In this document: piece by piece, positions 60,521 through 64,000 of the stretch
Layout of the letters: each line of letters opens with the position of its first letter
Numbering within the stretch: position 1 is the stretch's first letter
DNA from: Macrostomum lignano
Lineage: Eukaryota
Direction of reading: 5' to 3'
DNA: 64,000 bases
Assembly (NCBI GenBank): GCA_002269645.1
Contig: NIVC01003697.1
Location: 1-64,000 of the forward strand
Notes under the pieces: model-generated
Told to the model about the DNA's origin: nothing
The model's database searches: none
The model's input: the letters and a program-made list of their open reading frames with translations, nothing else
Program-made: the position numbers and the translations under genes

Positions 60521-61282
60521 GCATTACAACCTGTGAGAGCGTGTGAACGTATGAGGGCGTTGTACGTTGCACCAGGTCTCACAAGACAGCAAAAGTCAAA
60601 TCTAATGACCCAATTCACAGTTTTTCTTTGCTTACTGGGCCGAGGACCATTGAATCGTTTTTCTAATATATTAAAAAAATTGTTTTTTAAAGCTAATTTT
60701 AAGAAAATCGGCAGGACGGTTGTCAAAAAATCAATGACAGACAGAAAAACAGCGCAAAACTAGTATATAGACTTGCAGGAGTAGAGCTGCATCTAAGCCC
60801 GATTCAAATCAAGAATTCCAATCAAAACATTCTCGTGATCTTGATTGACTTGGCAAAAAACATAAATTATCCAGTGGAATCTGTCTCTGGTGCAGCACCC
60901 TGACACAGGCTTGCACTGTAATCATGCACTGCCAGATGCTACCTTTCCCACACTTGCTTGACATCGATAAGTTGTCAATTTTCTCGCAGCATTTTATGAG
61001 CGTCTCAATTATATTCTGTAAATGTACGCAGCACTGAGCCCAGCAACGGAGTCAGTAGGAGCAGTAGCAGTAGCCATTGGTCAGAGCCATATTGCTTGAA
61101 CAGCAAATGCAAATTCAAATCAAACACGGAATAAGCGGCGCACTTACTGATACAGCAGTTCTGACAAACCAGCCAACTTATTAAAAAATATCAAGAATTA
61201 TGAAATCTTACCTTAGCTCTACCTGATAGCCACATCATCTTGGGAATTTCTGAAGCGAAATGAAACCACTAAGAGCGCTCAC

Positions 61283-62345
61283 CCATCAGCTGGAAGAAGC
61301 GAATCTCGCAGATGGTCAGGACCACTCCTGTCAGGGTCTGAACCCGCAGCACCCTGCCGCTGAGACCGCAGCTCACATTGAAGACGGACTCGGGAGTCTC
61401 TGTGGAGTAGCTGGCGCACTGAACTCCATCCATCAGCAGCTGGAAGTTCGCCAGCCTCTCCGGGCAGCAGTCGGCTCGATTCCACAGGGTGACGAAGTCG
61501 ACTCGAGCTGGGGAGCCGAGCTCGGCCTGCCACCAGGCTGCCGTGTCTGAGCTGTTGGTAGCTGAGCAGCTGTCAGAGTTCCAGTACTGCGCTGTGCTGC
61601 CGTCGATGGCCCTGTCGCAGCTGGTGAAGTGAAAGGTGGAACTCTGATTGCAGGAGACAGGCGTCAGCAGCCTCACGGGAGCCTGGGTCATCGGCTGCAT
61701 CCTGAAATATGAGAAATTTGTGTTTTTAGCTAGTACTAGCAAGCAGCGCCCTCCCCCCCCTGCAACAAAGAATTGAATATAAGCTTATGAACAAACTACA
61801 TCTCAGCAACCCCCCCCCCCCGAAAGCTTTGACTTCTCAACAATTTCTCAAAAGAATCTTTTGCTGGACATGACGCTTCTTTTCGACATGACGCTTTTAT
61901 GCTTGACATGGTGCTTCATTTATGTTTGACATGATGTTTCATTTATGTTTGACATGATGTTTCATCTATGTTTGACATGATGTTTCATCTATGTTTGACA
62001 TGATGTTTCATCTATGTTTGACATGATGTTTCATCTATGTTTGACATGATGTTTCATCTATGTTTGACATGATGTTTCATCTATGTTTGACATGATGTTT
62101 CATCTATGTTTGACATGATGTTTCATCTATGTTTGACATGATGTTTCATCTATGTTTGACATAACGCATTTTCGAGATGACGCTTTTTATGGAGTTTATG
62201 TGCATCCTGAGGGCTCTGTGAAAACGAGGATGCTTGATATTCCACCATCGACGCACGGCTACAACTCAGCAAGCAACTCTGGCCCGCACTCCTTCGGAAC
62301 TCACCAAACAGCCGCGAATAATAGGGCTATCAACATTGAATTCAT
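61283..62345 (-). CDS. Secreted F-type lectin (fucolectin/FTP domain); exons 62345-62305 and 61701-61283, gene continues leftward
   Basis: The signal exon MNSMLIALLFAAV(W) ends at a phase-2 gtgagt donor that joins in frame to the phase-2 acceptor at 61701. Domain motifs: RAIDG, SCSAT, AWWQAELG, VTLWNRADCCPERL, GRVLRV and LTICEI. Phase-1 donor at 61282. Confidence 0.85.
61870..62165. repeat. 23-bp minisatellite in lectin intron 1 (atgatgtttcatctatgtttgac)
   Basis: Tandem units. Confidence 0.9.
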
Positions 62346-62554
62346 GCGATTTTAGATGATCTGATCTAAAAAATCCTGCGAGACAGCATACAGCCAAATG
62401 AGCTGTGCAGTGAGTAAATGATCCCCTATAATGCAGGAGATGAGCCACTTCGCCGGTGCTGATTGGTCCGGGCGCTCGAGGTTCGGAAAGTCAAGGGAAA
62501 GAGCTTGTAGTTTTGAATTTTGCTTTGCTACTAATGAGTAGTAATAGTATCAGA

Positions 62555-63225
62555 GTGTCACTGGTCACTGTTGTTGAGTGTCACTGGTTAAAAATGAGTG
62601 TCACCGGCTCAAACTGAGTGTCACTGGCTCAAACTGAGTGTCACTGACTAAAAATGTGTGTCACTCGCTCACAATGAGTATCCCTTTCTCGAAATGAGTG
62701 TCACTGGCTAAAAATGAGTGTTACTGGCTCACAATGAGTATCACTTGCTTGAAATGAGTGTCACTGGCTCAAAATGAGTGTCACTGGCTCAAAATGAGTG
62801 TTACTGGCTCACAATGAGTATCACTTGCTTGAAATGAGTGTTACTGGCTCACAATGAGTATCACTTGCTTGAAATGAGTGTCACTGGCTCAAAATGAGTG
62901 TCACTGGCTCAAACTGAGTGTTACTGGCTCACAATGAGTATCACTTGCTTGAAATGAGTGTCACTGGCTCAAAATGAGTGTCACTTGCTTGAAATGAGTG
63001 TTACTGGCTCACAATGAGTGTCACTGGCTCAAAATGAGTATCACTTGCTTGAAATGAGTGTCACTGGCTCAAAATGAGTGTCACTGGCTCAAAATGAGTG
63101 TTACTGGCTCACAATGAGTATCACTTGCTTGAAATGAGTGTCACTGGCTCAAAATGAGTGTCACTGGCTCAAAATGAGTGTCACTAGCTCACAATGAGTG
63201 TCACTGGCTCACAATGAGTATCACT
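62555..63225. repeat. ~20-bp minisatellite (aatgagtgtcactggctcaa, with tatcacttgcttg variants)
   Basis: Tandem units with higher-order alternation of variants. Confidence 0.9.
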
Positions 63226-63890
63226 TGCGACACCTTCAAGTGAGCGGAGATGGCAGCCCTGGCAGCGATCAACGCGGTGACGGTGGCGGACCCGCTGCTC
63301 ATGTTGGTGATTCTGCGTCACGGCGTTCCCTAAGAGCTTATTCAATTTTAACTGAAATCGGACAATCAAATAAATTGTCAATACAATGTGACTATTGCGT
63401 CCCACAGAATAAAAGCAGAATACTCCATCACGCATTTTGAGAAATTTTCTAGCCACAAGAATGAACTACTTCCTACGCTAGCTAATTGTGAAAAATTAAG
63501 TAGGCTGGATGGCACTTAACAATTTTTTTTGCAATTTTTTTCCGGCTTGTCCCTCCCTGATGGCTATGGTGGCGAGTCGAGACTTTCGGATGTCTATTTG
63601 TCTCTGGTCAGCAGTGCTCAACATTCAAGCACTAAAAGAGATGGCTTCATATGCAAAACCGAAGGGCAGACGAAGGGTCCTTTCCAGTGTGCCCGAAGGA
63701 GAACAGGGAGTGGCATGCTCTGCTAAAATACATACCTATCGTAAGCAGCGGCTCGTTAGCGAGCAAGTGACCATATACCTCGACATAGACAAGGTTTAAA
63801 TCTATATAGTTACTTAATACTTATGCGCCACCCGGTATGTGGTTATAGATTAAAACACGGGCAAGCCGGTAGAAAGTAGAAAGCCGGTAG

Positions 63891-63962
63891 GAGGCAGGGT
63901 GTATGAGCACTGCTGAGGCGTGACGTGAGGCAGGGTGTATGAGCACTGCTGAGGCGTGACGT
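63891..63962. repeat. 36-bp tandem duplication
   Basis: gaggcagggtgtatgagcactgctgaggcgtgacgt x2. Confidence 0.8.
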
Positions 63963-64000
63963 GAAACCGGAGCAAGCGACTGAAACAGAAATTTCACCCC

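Noticed and set aside
61223-61282. 33-nt intron plus 27-nt micro-exon continuing the lectin
   Set aside because: The phases are compatible, but the intron is very short and unsupported without transcripts.

Overview
This is AT-rich metazoan genomic DNA with GT-AG introns, GC-rich exons and TTAGGG repeats. It resembles a free-living flatworm such as Macrostomum, but that taxon call is inference only. Roughly half the window is transposable elements. At 8.0-23.4 kb is a nested LTR/LINE pile-up: a tandem, internally deleted Gypsy; a full-length APE-RT-RNaseH LINE; two solo LTRs; and a second Gypsy with an internal inversion. Further along are an apparently intact P-element (THAP transposase, 32-bp TIRs, 8-bp TSD), a deleted BEL/Pao, a Penelope-like element with a minimal hammerhead ribozyme, a third Gypsy, a Tc1-like remnant, two tRNA-derived SINE families, paired TG..CA elements and many minisatellites. 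Host genes are three DEG/ENaC channel loci (one complete), a frameshifted LARGE-like glycosyltransferase, a secreted F-type lectin and a 78-aa precursor. That precursor has a signal peptide, an acidic spacer and an Arg/Trp/Phe-rich C-terminal peptide ending in Gly. It is the most interesting object here: a candidate new amidated antimicrobial peptide. A degenerate dUTPase cassette of unknown origin at 47.3-47.7 kb is missing from the ORF track. All coordinates were counted by hand and may be off by a few bases.
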